A DNA stretch of 64,000 bases from Candidatus Micrarchaeota archaeon (GTDB taxonomy: Archaea > Micrarchaeota > Micrarchaeia > Norongarragalinales > SBBD01). The notes beneath the pieces were generated by a model. That model was not told where the DNA came from. It made no database searches and was given only the letters and a program-made list of their open reading frames with translations. The position numbers were made by a program, and so were the translations under genes. Of the stretch, positions 38,782-48,942 are shown piece after piece; position 1 is the first letter of the stretch; the number at the start of each line of letters is the position of its first letter. The DNA lies in assembly GCA_018819225.1 (NCBI GenBank), contig JAHJQN010000008.1, positions 64,001 through 128,000 on the forward strand, written 5' to 3'.

Positions 38782-40026
38782 TTATTTTACTTGCGAGCCA
38801 TTCGGCACATTCTTGTAAACCGACACGCCCGGGAATATGCGGCAATCTTCCCCCACAAGGACTCCGCAATTAATGCTGGCATTCACGCCCGTTTTGGTTC
38901 CTTTCCCCACAACGGAACCCAGCTTATTCCGCTTGGAATCAATGGTCAATCCATGCAAGGTAATCATAATGCTTGACGAATCGAATTTCAGGTTGGCGAT
39001 CATGGTGCCGGCGCCCAAGTTCACGTTCTCGCAGACAATCGAATCACCGATATATGAAAGATGCGCGGCATTCGAGTTATGCATGACGACTGAGGCTTTC
39101 AATTCCGTGGAATGACCGACATGACAATTGCTTTCGATGACGACGCCTTTCCGCAAGTACGCATGCGGACCCACCACCGAATTCTCGCCGATGAACGCAT
39201 TCCCCTCAATATACGTTCCACTTTTAATCATGGCGCCTTTCGCAACGGACAGTTTTCCTTTCACCGTCACGTTCGGTTCCAACGAGCCTTCGCGCGCTTC
39301 GGTCATCAAATGCTCTAACGCGTACTGGTTCGCATGCAAGAAATTCCAGAAATAGCCTACATCCGTCCAGAACCCCGGAAACTCAACCACTTTGAGCGGT
39401 TTCCGTTTCGCATACGAAAGCAACGCGTCCGTTAATTCGAACTCCTTGCGTTTGGAAAGGGATACTTTGCGAAGTTCAGAAAAGAATTCTCGAGGCAAGA
39501 AAAGCGTTCCCGTATTGACGTCATTGGATTCCGATTTCAACGGTTTTTCCACGAGATCCTTAAGGCAATCGCTTTCATCCATAATCAACACGCCGTAAGA
39601 AGAGGCATCCTTTTCCTGCTTCGCGACCAAAAAAGGCCCTTCCAACGTCGATTTCAACAAGAACGAATACAACGAGGGATCAAAAAACGAGTCGCCGTTG
39701 AGCACGAAAAAAAAGGCCGTGGAAATCGCGTTTTCCGCCTTCTTCAACGCATCCGCGGTACCCAACTGCTCCTTCTGTTCCACGAATTTCAGTTTCTTGG
39801 CGTACGGCTTGTGACGGAAGTGATCCACGATCTTATTCTTCTCGAAACCCACGACCATCACAATGTGATTCGTTTGATCCCCAAACGTTTCCAAAATGCC
39901 TTCCACCATCCACTCCAACAACGGTTTCTGTAAAACCCGAATCATGGATTTGGGGTACGAATACGTCATGGGTTGAAGCCGCTTGCCTTGCCCCGCCGCC
40001 AACAACACGAAATCATACCGTTCCAT
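38782..40026 (-). CDS. glmU: Bifunctional sugar-1-phosphate nucleotidyltransferase/acetyltransferase (GlmU-like)
   Basis: LAAGQGKRL.P.T..PK, EQLGTA, LNGD, hexapeptide repeats, HLSYIGDS. Confidence 0.88.
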   Translation of the reverse strand: MERYDFVLLAAGQGKRLQPMTYSYPKSMIRVLQKPLLEWMVEGILETFGDQTNHIVMVVGFEKNKIVDHFRHKPYAKKLKFVEQKEQLGTADALKKAENAISTAFFFVLNGDSFFDPSLYSFLLKSTLEGPFLVAKQEKDASSYGVLIMDESDCLKDLVEKPLKSESNDVNTGTLFLPREFFSELRKVSLSKRKEFELTDALLSYAKRKPLKVVEFPGFWTDVGYFWNFLHANQYALEHLMTEAREGSLEPNVTVKGKLSVAKGAMIKSGTYIEGNAFIGENSVVGPHAYLRKGVVIESNCHVGHSTELKASVVMHNSNAAHLSYIGDSIVCENVNLGAGTMIANLKFDSSSIMITLHGLTIDSKRNKLGSVVGKGTKTGVNASINCGVLVGEDCRIFPGVSVYKNVPNGSQVK

Positions 40027-40035
40027 ACAACGCCC

Positions 40036-41814
40036 TCATTTCACGGTAACACTTTTAGCTAAATTGCGCGGCCGATCCGGATTGATTCCTCGATAGACCG
40101 CACAATAATACGCCAATAACTGAAGCGGAATGACCGCCAACAACGGACTCACGCGATTGGAGGCTTTTGGAAGCTCGAGCCACTCGTCATAGGATTCATG
40201 ATGCTCCTCACTCACCCCAATCACCCACGCTCCCCGCGCTTTCGTCTCCATCGCATTTCCAATGGAGGCCTCCCGGCTTTCCTTGCCTGCATTCAATAAT
40301 AGGATAGGCGTACGCTTCTCCACCAACGCAAGCGTTCCATGCTTCAACTCTCCGGCGGGCATGCCCTCGGCATGAATATACGAAATTTCCTTCATTTTCA
40401 AAGCCCCTTCCAATGCCAACGGATAATTAATGGCTCGACCAATGAAATACACGTCCTGCCGTTCACTCAAGACCTTCGCAAGAACTTTCACACGCTCATG
40501 ATTCGTTTCAATCGTTTCCCGAATCCAATGCGACAACGTCCGCAAATCCTGAAGACCTTTCCGAACCTCCCCATTCAAGGTTTGGGCCAGTAAATACAAA
40601 ATAGCGAGTTGACCCATAAATGCCTTCGTAGACGCCACCGCGATCTCCGGTCCCACGCGAAGGTATAACACCCGCTCGCTCATACGCTCGATGCTGCTTC
40701 CCACGACATTTACAATCGAAAAAATGCGTGCGCCTTTGGCCCGCGCCAACTTCAACGCGTTTAACACGTCCGCGGTTTCCCCGCTCTGAGAAATCGCTAT
40801 CACCAACGATCCATCCGACAACGATGTCTGCAGATACGGAAATTCAGAGGCATTGACCACATTGACATGCTTGCGCGCTATGCGGTCAAATAAGTACTGC
40901 CCCGCCAAACCCGCGTGCAACGCCGTGCCATTGGCGACCAATATGACCCCCTTCGCGTTCTTGATTTCATTCGCAAACGCTACCACATCCTCTTCATCCT
41001 GCATCGACGCATGCTTAATCGCTTGAGGCTGCTCCTCGATTTCCTTTAACATGAAGTGTTCGTAATCTCCTTTCTCCGATGACTCGGCTTTCCAATCGAT
41101 TTGGGAAACCGTCTTTCCAATCCCTTGGCCGTCGAACGTGAAACACTCGAACCGCTTCGGAGAAAGGATCGCGAGTTCTCCGTCATTCAAGTACACGACC
41201 CGGCTCGTATATTTCAAAATGGGCACGGGATCACTGGCCGCAAACAATTTGTTTTGATCAATACCCAGAATCAACGGACTTTCATTCTTGACTGCGATCA
41301 ACGTATTCGTGCCGGCTTCCGTAATCAGCAATCCGTACGAGCCCCGCAACATGGAAATCGCGGAAAGCACCGCATCCTTCAATGTCGCCTTGCCCTTTAA
41401 TTCATCTTCAATGAGATGGACAATGACTTCACTGTCCGTTCCCGAAGAAAACAAGTGACCCTTCCGAGACAATGCGCTCCGAATGGACAAATAGTTTTCA
41501 ATGATTCCGTTATGTACGACGGCAATACGTCCGTCACAAGACAAATGCGGGTGGGCATTCTTTTCGGAGACGCCGCCATGCGTTGCCCAACGGGTATGCC
41601 CAATTCCCCGCGTTCCCTTCAGCTCCGACGGAACCGCGGATTTCTCGAAGTCGTTCAAGGTTCCCACTGCTTTTCTCATCGTCAACGTATCGCGTTCTGC
41701 CACGACCATGCCAGCCGAATCGTATCCCCGATACTCTAGACCCCGAAGGCCTTCCAGTAACAACGACCCTGCAGGTTCTTCACGATCAGATACAAATCCT
41801 AAGATGCCGCACAA
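40036..41814 (-). CDS. glmS: Glutamine--fructose-6-phosphate aminotransferase
   Basis: TTG start giving N-terminal Cys (MCGI), LEYRGYDSAG, HTRWATHG, SQSGETAD, PRNLAKSVT. Confidence 0.97.
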   Translation of the reverse strand: MCGILGFVSDREEPAGSLLLEGLRGLEYRGYDSAGMVVAERDTLTMRKAVGTLNDFEKSAVPSELKGTRGIGHTRWATHGGVSEKNAHPHLSCDGRIAVVHNGIIENYLSIRSALSRKGHLFSSGTDSEVIVHLIEDELKGKATLKDAVLSAISMLRGSYGLLITEAGTNTLIAVKNESPLILGIDQNKLFAASDPVPILKYTSRVVYLNDGELAILSPKRFECFTFDGQGIGKTVSQIDWKAESSEKGDYEHFMLKEIEEQPQAIKHASMQDEEDVVAFANEIKNAKGVILVANGTALHAGLAGQYLFDRIARKHVNVVNASEFPYLQTSLSDGSLVIAISQSGETADVLNALKLARAKGARIFSIVNVVGSSIERMSERVLYLRVGPEIAVASTKAFMGQLAILYLLAQTLNGEVRKGLQDLRTLSHWIRETIETNHERVKVLAKVLSERQDVYFIGRAINYPLALEGALKMKEISYIHAEGMPAGELKHGTLALVEKRTPILLLNAGKESREASIGNAMETKARGAWVIGVSEEHHESYDEWLELPKASNRVSPLLAVIPLQLLAYYCAVYRGINPDRPRNLAKSVTVK

Positions 41815-41971
41815 AAAAATCCCCCATAAAATGATAACAAAAGCACTGGCGCGGCCGACTATTTATATCCCGCTAATAGGACCGCCGCGATATATAAAAA
41901 ACATCCTATAATGCAATTAATATAATACCCATACCTTTATAAAATTCACCATAATAGTATTAATTGATTTA

Positions 41972-42877
41972 ATGTCCAGTTCTCTCCGACTCGTCGACGG
42001 ATCCAATGCCCTGGAAGTCAAACTCGTATCCGAAGACACCCTTTCCATCCTATCCAAGGAACGCATAGCCATCCTCAAGGCCTTAAGCCGAGAATCCCGG
42101 TACCCAGCAGAACTGGCCCGCGAACTCCACATGCAAGTTCAAACCGTGTACTATCACGTCCGTCTCCTCCACGAAGCCAAGCTCATTGAACTTGATCGCT
42201 ACGAGGAACAAGGCGGGGCACTGGCCAAGAAATTCCGTTGCACAACGGAAGCCCTTGCCGTCGTCCTCCACTCCCGCTGGAAACCCTTTTCGGCCATCAA
42301 ACACGCAAAACCGCCTGTTTTCCTCGAACGATTCATCGACCAACGCCTGTTTACCGGTAAAATCATCGTCGGAAGTCCGGACCCCCACGGCCGTTTCCGG
42401 TCCCGAGGAAGCGAATTTTGCGCTACGGAGTTCGCCATGTTTCTCGGACAGTATGCCTCGTTTGAATACCCATTGTACTACTTGGACACGGAGGTCAAAG
42501 AAACCACGAAACGCCAGCCGCTCGTCGTGATCGGCGGACCCAAAGTCAACATGCTCGCATCCGAGCTCAACCCCCACCTGCCCATCCGCTATGAGGAACG
42601 AAGCCTCGAACTCCATTCCACGCTGTCCGGCAAGAAATACTCGGATAACGTCGGGGTCATCGAACTCGTCAACAATCCGTGGAACAAACGAACCCCCATA
42701 CTCTTTCTGGCGGGTTCCGATCATACCAGCACGCGCGTCGCCGTACTCGCGCTACTCAAACACCGAACCGCTCTCGAAAAAGGCAACACGTTCGATTCCT
42801 CGGTCCACGCCAAAATCGTTCAAGGATTTGATGAAGATGGAGACGGAATCGTGGATGCCGTCGAAATTTTAGAATGA
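41972..42877 (+). CDS. ArsR-like HTH protein with C-terminal GGPxxN (S-layer-like) domain
   Basis: YPAELARELHMQVQTVYYH HTH; IIVGSPDPHG; LVVIGGPKVN. Confidence 0.75.
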   Translation: MSSSLRLVDGSNALEVKLVSEDTLSILSKERIAILKALSRESRYPAELARELHMQVQTVYYHVRLLHEAKLIELDRYEEQGGALAKKFRCTTEALAVVLHSRWKPFSAIKHAKPPVFLERFIDQRLFTGKIIVGSPDPHGRFRSRGSEFCATEFAMFLGQYASFEYPLYYLDTEVKETTKRQPLVVIGGPKVNMLASELNPHLPIRYEERSLELHSTLSGKKYSDNVGVIELVNNPWNKRTPILFLAGSDHTSTRVAVLALLKHRTALEKGNTFDSSVHAKIVQGFDEDGDGIVDAVEILE

Positions 42878-42889
42878 GGTGCGTTCATC

Positions 42890-43237
42890 ATGCTCGTCAA
42901 GCGTCCCCAAGATAAATGGCAAGAATGGGAAAAACAGGTTCTCCTCTTTTCCGCACTATTCTTTGCAGGATCATTCATCAAATACTTTTTTGGATACGAC
43001 GCACGCTGGCTCGATTCCATTCTCGCCGTCGCCTCTCCCTTCGGGATACTGGGACTCGGATTCGTGGCAACGGTACGGGGCTTGAAAGCCCTGGTTCACA
43101 AACGAATGATATGGCGCGGCGGCATGGAATTTACTGGAAAAAAAGCACAGTTCGCAGGCACCATGCTCCTTTTTGCGGGCGGTATATTCATGGCGTTAGG
43201 CATTCGCACGCTGATCTGGTTCGTCAATCACTTTTGA
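42890..43237 (+). CDS. Hypothetical 3-TM membrane protein
   Basis: Three hydrophobic segments; GAGGTG SD. Confidence 0.6.
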   Translation: MLVKRPQDKWQEWEKQVLLFSALFFAGSFIKYFFGYDARWLDSILAVASPFGILGLGFVATVRGLKALVHKRMIWRGGMEFTGKKAQFAGTMLLFAGGIFMALGIRTLIWFVNHF

Positions 43238-43280
43238 AACGCCATCGCGCAACGAATAAAAGCGCATGCCAACATAGGCC

Positions 43281-44084
43281 TTGGGGAAAAACGAATTGAT
43301 ACTAAAATACGGGAGTATTCTGGAAGGCTCCACCGAATACTTTAATGGAAAGACGGCCGCCATCGTATTCTTGGGAGGCTGTCCATTCCGTTGCGGCTAC
43401 TGTTTCTCCGCGCCCCTCATTATCGCCAGCGAACATTCCCAACAAATGGACGTGAAACGTTTCGTCGAATACTTCGAAAGAAAAAAAGCGGAGTTTGATG
43501 CCGTGGTGTTCACTGGAGCCGAACCCCTCCACCAAGCCGAACCCCTCATCGAATTATGCCGTCAACTCAAGGAAAGGGAATTCCTCATCCGGTTGGAAAC
43601 CTCGGGATTCTACGCCGATCACCTGGAACGAATCCTGCCGTACGTCGACAACATCGCACTAGACATCAAGACCGAACTGGACGCCGATCAATACGCTCAA
43701 CTTGTCGGATTTCGCGGGGAACCCGCCACCCTCATGCAAGACACGTTCCGCAGCCTCATCATTCTTCGCGAAGCCAAAAAAGAACGCCCGGATTTATTCG
43801 TGGAAGTTCGCACGACCATCATCCCCGGAATCAACGACACGCCCGAAATAGTGAACGCCATCACGAAGGATTTAGTTTTCGCAGACCAATATGTCCTCCA
43901 GCAATTTACGGTGGAACAAACCCTTATCAACGGGGACTATGCACGAAAAGGAAATACCCCGAAACTCAAACTCATCGAACTGGCGGAAGTGGCCTGCCAA
44001 AACGTATCCCGAGTCGTCATACGCACGAAAGACGACGGAGAACAAGTGTTTCAACCCGGAGGCCCAGTCACCGAAGAATTCTAA
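43281..44084 (+). CDS. Radical SAM protein, glycyl-radical/anaerobic RNR activase-like
   Basis: GCPFRCGYC, TGAEP, LETSG, DIK, EVRTT..PG. Confidence 0.85.
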   Translation: MGKNELILKYGSILEGSTEYFNGKTAAIVFLGGCPFRCGYCFSAPLIIASEHSQQMDVKRFVEYFERKKAEFDAVVFTGAEPLHQAEPLIELCRQLKEREFLIRLETSGFYADHLERILPYVDNIALDIKTELDADQYAQLVGFRGEPATLMQDTFRSLIILREAKKERPDLFVEVRTTIIPGINDTPEIVNAITKDLVFADQYVLQQFTVEQTLINGDYARKGNTPKLKLIELAEVACQNVSRVVIRTKDDGEQVFQPGGPVTEEF

Positions 44085-44099
44085 TCAAGGGATTCAACC

Positions 44100-45296
44100 A
44101 TGAAAAAAGAGTTGACGAAAACAGAAGACATCATGCAAAAAGCGCTCGTATTTCACCGAAAATATAAGGGAAAGATCGGAATTCGCAGTAAAGTGCCACT
44201 GAAAACCCTAAAGGATTTGAGCATGGCCTATACGCCGGGCGTGGCCCAACCGTCCCTCGCCATTACCACGAATCCCTCCGATATTTACAAATACACGTCC
44301 AAAGGCCACTTGATCGCCATCGTCACCGACGGCTCGGCCGTACTCGGACTCGGCAACATCGGAGCCGCTGCGGCGCTCCCCGTCATGGAAGGAAAAGCCG
44401 TATTATTCAAACGATTCGCCAACATCGACGCGTTCCCCGTCTGCATTTCAACCCAAGACGTGGATCATTTCGTGGACATCGTCACCCATATTGCATCACC
44501 CTACGGTGGCATTAATCTCGAAGACATTTCGGCCCCCCGATGCTTCGAAATCGAAAAGAAATTGAAAGCCGCACTCAATATACCGGTATTTCATGATGAC
44601 CAACACGGCACCGCAATCGTCGTACTCGCGGCCCTCCAGAACGCGCTCACGCTCGCCGAAAAAAAACGGGAAGAGGTGAAAATCACCGTCGTGGGAGCCG
44701 GAGCTGCCGGAACCGCAGTGACCAACCTATTGCTGGACCAAGGCGTTCGGAATATCGTCGTGTGCGATCGCACCGGCATCCTCATCAATGAACGAGAATA
44801 CTCTAACCAATATTTGAAAGACCTCGCTCAAAAAACCAACCCCCATCACCTTTCAGGCCAACTCGAGGACGCCATGAAAAACTCGGACGTATTCATTGGC
44901 GTGTCATCCGGAAACATTGTCTCCAATGAAATGGTTCAATCCATGAATGAAAAACCCATCGTGTTCGCCATGGCGAACCCCATGCCAGAAATCATGCCTC
45001 ATAAAGCAAAAGAAGCCGGAGCGTTCATCATCGCCACCGGTCGCAGCGATTACCCGAACCAAGTCAACAATGCCCTGGCATTCCCAGGCGTATTCAAAGG
45101 AACGTTGCGCGCGCGCGCCAAAGACATCAATATGGAAATGAAACTCGCGGCCGCCGAAGCCCTCGCAGCCTGCATTCCCGAAAACGAGTTGAAACCCGAT
45201 TATATAATTCCGAGCCCGTTCAACCCACTCGTCGTAAAAAACGTATCCGAAGCCGTCCGCAAAGCCGCTGTAGCCAGCCACGTCGCCCGCATTTAA
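44100..45296 (+). CDS. NAD(P)-dependent malic enzyme
   Basis: AYTPGVA, VTDGSAVLGLG, NLEDI, HDDQHGT, GAGAAG, TGRSDYPNQVNN. Confidence 0.95.
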   Translation: MKKELTKTEDIMQKALVFHRKYKGKIGIRSKVPLKTLKDLSMAYTPGVAQPSLAITTNPSDIYKYTSKGHLIAIVTDGSAVLGLGNIGAAAALPVMEGKAVLFKRFANIDAFPVCISTQDVDHFVDIVTHIASPYGGINLEDISAPRCFEIEKKLKAALNIPVFHDDQHGTAIVVLAALQNALTLAEKKREEVKITVVGAGAAGTAVTNLLLDQGVRNIVVCDRTGILINEREYSNQYLKDLAQKTNPHHLSGQLEDAMKNSDVFIGVSSGNIVSNEMVQSMNEKPIVFAMANPMPEIMPHKAKEAGAFIIATGRSDYPNQVNNALAFPGVFKGTLRARAKDINMEMKLAAAEALAACIPENELKPDYIIPSPFNPLVVKNVSEAVRKAAVASHVARI

Positions 45297-46078
45297 TCGA
45301 TGGAAATAATGGTTGCGGGCACGCGCTTATGCTGATTTTGCCCCATGCGCGTCAACACGTTTTCCACAAGCTCATGTCCGTATTTTTCATCCAGGGCCGA
45401 CCGCGATTGTTTCATATCCAAATACGATACGAGAATGTGATCCAACGCGGAATACGAAACCCCCAACTCCGCCTCATCCGTCTGACCCTCCCATAAACCG
45501 GCTGAAGGCGCCTTCCGAATGATTTCTTTGGGTATGGCCAGCATCAACGCCAATTTCTTCACCTGAGTTTTGTACAGCGCTCCGACCGGTAACACATCGG
45601 CCGCACCATCCCCAAATTTAGTGAAATAACCCATCAACCGCTCGCTTTTATTGCTCGTCCCCACCACCAACGCGTCCGTTTCCCTTGCGAAATGGTATAA
45701 CAACGTCATACGCGACCGTGCCATGAAATTGCCTCGCGCAATGGGATCGCTCGATTGAACCGTCTGCGCATAGTGATCCGCTATCCCTTGAATGGAATGC
45801 GTTTCAAACGAGACACCGAATTGATTGGCGACATTCCGCGCATCCGATTCCTCTGACGCATACGCATCCGATGGAAGAAAATAGGCCAAGACGTTTTCTT
45901 TTCCGAGCGATTGCACCAACAAGGCGCATACGACGGCGGAATCCACGCCGCCACTCAACCCCAACACCGCTTTCGTTTTTCGCGCTTTTTTGAAATACGT
46001 CTGAATGCCTTGAACGAGTTTGAACTTCAACTCCAGATTGGCGTACAAGAATTCACCGAACCCGCTTTTTTCAACCAT
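45293..46078 (-). CDS. nadE: NH3-dependent NAD+ synthetase
   Basis: LSGGVDS, GN..AR.RM, GTSNKSE, GYFTKFGDG, PSAGLW.GQTDE. Confidence 0.96.
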   Translation of the reverse strand: MVEKSGFGEFLYANLELKFKLVQGIQTYFKKARKTKAVLGLSGGVDSAVVCALLVQSLGKENVLAYFLPSDAYASEESDARNVANQFGVSFETHSIQGIADHYAQTVQSSDPIARGNFMARSRMTLLYHFARETDALVVGTSNKSERLMGYFTKFGDGAADVLPVGALYKTQVKKLALMLAIPKEIIRKAPSAGLWEGQTDEAELGVSYSALDHILVSYLDMKQSRSALDEKYGHELVENVLTRMGQNQHKRVPATIISID

Positions 46079-46164
46079 AGGAACACCACGAACCCCATAA
46101 ACGAAGAGATGAAAACATTAATATTAATCCATCTCCAGAATAAAAGAAGGAGGTTGAAGCCATT

Positions 46165-46572
46165 ATGCCCATCCCCGCCAGACGAATGCCCGAAATCAAC
46201 CGTGAACATCTTGAATCCAATCGAAAAAGCCTGACGGGCGCTTTAGGGGGAGTCAGCAACGCCCGCACCATTTTACGTCTCGCTGAACAACAGCCCGTAT
46301 TTCGAACACGCATGCTGAGTGGAGAACGCTTTGAAGGCATTCGACAGATGGTAGAAAAAGAACGAGCAGAAAGAATGGGGAGACGAGTGATGATCAATTC
46401 TGCGCAAGTGCTTAAACGACTGGCCGTAACCGGAAGCCGAAGTGCTTTAACCAACCGACCGCTACCCCGAACCTCGGAAGCCGCCCGATTGCTGCAAATG
46501 GCGCGTCGAAGACCCGAGGAAAGACGGCTCCTGGGATGGTTCGGGGAAGCGCGAAGAAACCGCCGCATTTAA
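46165..46572 (+). CDS. Arg-rich orphan protein
   Basis: GGAGGT SD, MPIPARR start, very basic, no motif. Confidence 0.55.
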   Translation: MPIPARRMPEINREHLESNRKSLTGALGGVSNARTILRLAEQQPVFRTRMLSGERFEGIRQMVEKERAERMGRRVMINSAQVLKRLAVTGSRSALTNRPLPRTSEAARLLQMARRRPEERRLLGWFGEARRNRRI

Positions 46573-47510
46573 TTCGACTTGAAATGCTCGTATCCCTTGT
46601 TCTCCAGCGGTCGCACCTGATTATCGCACTTCAAGAACACCCCCGAACCATCCGTCACTTCACCGATCGGAATACCCGAAGCCCCTTTCTCTCCAGAAAA
46701 AACAATCTGATAGTCTTCCCCGTGATTCAAAGCCACGTCCTCCGCATTCAAATCGTGTTCCTTGCACAGACGTTCCAAATCGGGATTCAACGGAAGGCGA
46801 TCCCAGTCAATCACGATTCGTTTCTTGCTTAAACGAGCCAGCTCGTGAAGCTCGAACGCCAAACCATCCGACACGTCAATGCCCGCATGCATTTTTCCCT
46901 CTGAAAGAATGCGCTTGCAAAGCGCCCAATCCAGCTCAGGAGCATCTTGAGCGTCCAAGAATTTCTGCGGAACGACAAAATGTTTTTTTCGCGATAAATA
47001 CCCTAATGCCGCGTTCCCGATTTCACCCGTCAAATAGATCGCATCACCGGGTTGAGCCGCATTCCGCAATAAGGGCGGCCCATCCAAAAAGCCCAGGAGC
47101 GCTCCCGAATAAACGAATTCCGTTCCCTTGTTGGTATCGCCGCCCAAAAGAAACGCATCGTATTTCTTCAACTCACCATCCATTCCATCGTACAATTTTT
47201 CTAAAAAAGAAATATCGGTGTCCGGAGGAGCCGTAAAGCAATGGAAAAAATATTTGGGAAGCGCCCCCTTGCATATCACATCGGAAACGTGCGAGGCCAC
47301 GATCTTCCGCCCCATTTTCTCAGGATCTGGATTCGTAAAGTGCGTGGAAAGCACGCCCATGTCCGTGGAGAGCACGAGGCGTTTTCCCTGCGGATCAAAA
47401 ATCGCGGCATCATCATGCAAATCCGCAATAACGGAAGGATCACGACGCAAACGCTTCACTAACCGCTCGACAATGTTTCGTTCCCCAAGATCGGAAATCT
47501 TCACAAACAA
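46569..47510 (-). CDS. thiL: Thiamine-monophosphate kinase
   Basis: DDAA, STD....THF, SDV, GGDT, IDVSDGL, GEDYQ. Confidence 0.92.
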   Translation of the reverse strand: MFVKISDLGERNIVERLVKRLRRDPSVIADLHDDAAIFDPQGKRLVLSTDMGVLSTHFTNPDPEKMGRKIVASHVSDVICKGALPKYFFHCFTAPPDTDISFLEKLYDGMDGELKKYDAFLLGGDTNKGTEFVYSGALLGFLDGPPLLRNAAQPGDAIYLTGEIGNAALGYLSRKKHFVVPQKFLDAQDAPELDWALCKRILSEGKMHAGIDVSDGLAFELHELARLSKKRIVIDWDRLPLNPDLERLCKEHDLNAEDVALNHGEDYQIVFSGEKGASGIPIGEVTDGSGVFLKCDNQVRPLENKGYEHFKSN

Positions 47511-47513
47511 CCC

Positions 47514-48128
47514 TCAATCAAAAAACGTCGTAAATTTTCTAGCGGCGATTTCCCAGTCCGGCGCATTTAAGATGCTGGAAATAACGGCAAGCGAATCCGC
47601 GCCGGCTTCCAAAACAGACGGCGCGTTTTCTAACGTAATGCCGCCGATGGCCACCAACGGCTTAGAGGTTAACACGCGAAGTTCACTTAAACCCGCTAAT
47701 CCCAACGGGGGAGCCGCATCGGGTTTGGTGGACGTGGAAAACACGGGACTCCAACTCAAATGATCCGCGAGCTCGCTTCCCGGTAAATGATCCAACGAAG
47801 AAATGGAGATTCCCAGTAATTTTTCGGTGCCCAAGGCCTCATGGGCTTTCGTTAGTGAAAGGTCGTGCTGGCCAACATGCAATCCATCCGCATTCACTTC
47901 CAAAGCCAGCTTCAAATAATCATTGACCAAGAAGGTCGCGTGGAACTCATTGCATAAATCTCGAATGGCCTGGGCCTCCTCCAGCATCCTCGAATACGGC
48001 AAATTCTTTTCCCGGTATTGAATCGTGACCGCACCCCCTTTCAACACCGATGAAACGGATTCGAGCACGCGGCCTTTGGAAAGCCCGCGATCCGTAACGA
48101 AATACAATCCATTCGAAAGCCTAGGCAT
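47514..48128 (-). CDS. thiE: Thiamine-phosphate synthase
   Basis: LYFVTD, QYREK, VND, HVGQ.D, T.TKP, VAIGGI, AVISSI. Confidence 0.93.
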   Translation of the reverse strand: MPRLSNGLYFVTDRGLSKGRVLESVSSVLKGGAVTIQYREKNLPYSRMLEEAQAIRDLCNEFHATFLVNDYLKLALEVNADGLHVGQHDLSLTKAHEALGTEKLLGISISSLDHLPGSELADHLSWSPVFSTSTKPDAAPPLGLAGLSELRVLTSKPLVAIGGITLENAPSVLEAGADSLAVISSILNAPDWEIAARKFTTFFD

Positions 48129-48915
48129 ATTCCGAAACCTTCGCCAGCTGCTCCACCTGCGCCTCGCTTAAATGAAACAACGCGTCATAAAAGTGTTCCT
48201 TAAACGTGCCCGGTCCCCCGGCTTTCTCAGCCGCCAGTTCACCGGCAATCCCGAAACAGGCGAGTGCACATGAAGCCGCAACCAATAAGTCCTTCTCAAC
48301 CGCCGCAAAAGAAGCGATCACGGAAGTGACCATGCACCCCGTACCCACCACGTTGCCCATCATGCGATGACCGTTCTTAACCAGAATCGTCTGAAAACCG
48401 TTACTCACAATATCCGTTGCACCCGTAATAACGACCGTGCACTGTAACTGCTGAGCCAAGCGCATCGCAATATCTTCCGGTTTTCCCTCCACGCCAGCGG
48501 ATTCCACGCCACGCGTCACGGATTTGACGCCCAACAAACTCGCGATCTCCGACGCATTTCCTTTCACGATGTTGATTTTCACATTTTTGATGAGCTGAGC
48601 GGACTTCTCGTTGCGAAAAGAGGTCGCGCCCGCGCCAACGGCATCCAAAACCACCGGAATGCCTTTCGCGTTCGCTTTCTGACCCGCCATCACCATCGCG
48701 TCAATGAGGGATTGGGTCAACGTTCCGATGTTCAATACCAGAGCATTGGAAATGCCCGTCATGTCCTGCACTTCCTCCGGAGCATGCGCCATCACGGGAA
48801 GCGCACCCACCGCACGCGTCACGTTAGCGCAATCGTAAATCGTCACCCAATTCGTAATATGGTGCACGAGCGGTTTCTCCGATCGAACCGTATTCAGTAC
48901 GCGGTAAGGTTTCAC
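48121..48915 (-). CDS. thiM: Hydroxyethylthiazole kinase
   Basis: PLVHHITNWVT, PVMA, LNIGTL, LDAVG, GNASEI, GTGC. Confidence 0.95.
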   Translation of the reverse strand: MKPYRVLNTVRSEKPLVHHITNWVTIYDCANVTRAVGALPVMAHAPEEVQDMTGISNALVLNIGTLTQSLIDAMVMAGQKANAKGIPVVLDAVGAGATSFRNEKSAQLIKNVKINIVKGNASEIASLLGVKSVTRGVESAGVEGKPEDIAMRLAQQLQCTVVITGATDIVSNGFQTILVKNGHRMMGNVVGTGCMVTSVIASFAAVEKDLLVAASCALACFGIAGELAAEKAGGPGTFKEHFYDALFHLSEAQVEQLAKVSEYA

Positions 48916-48942
48916 CTTGATCGACCTCCCTTGAATAAAACG

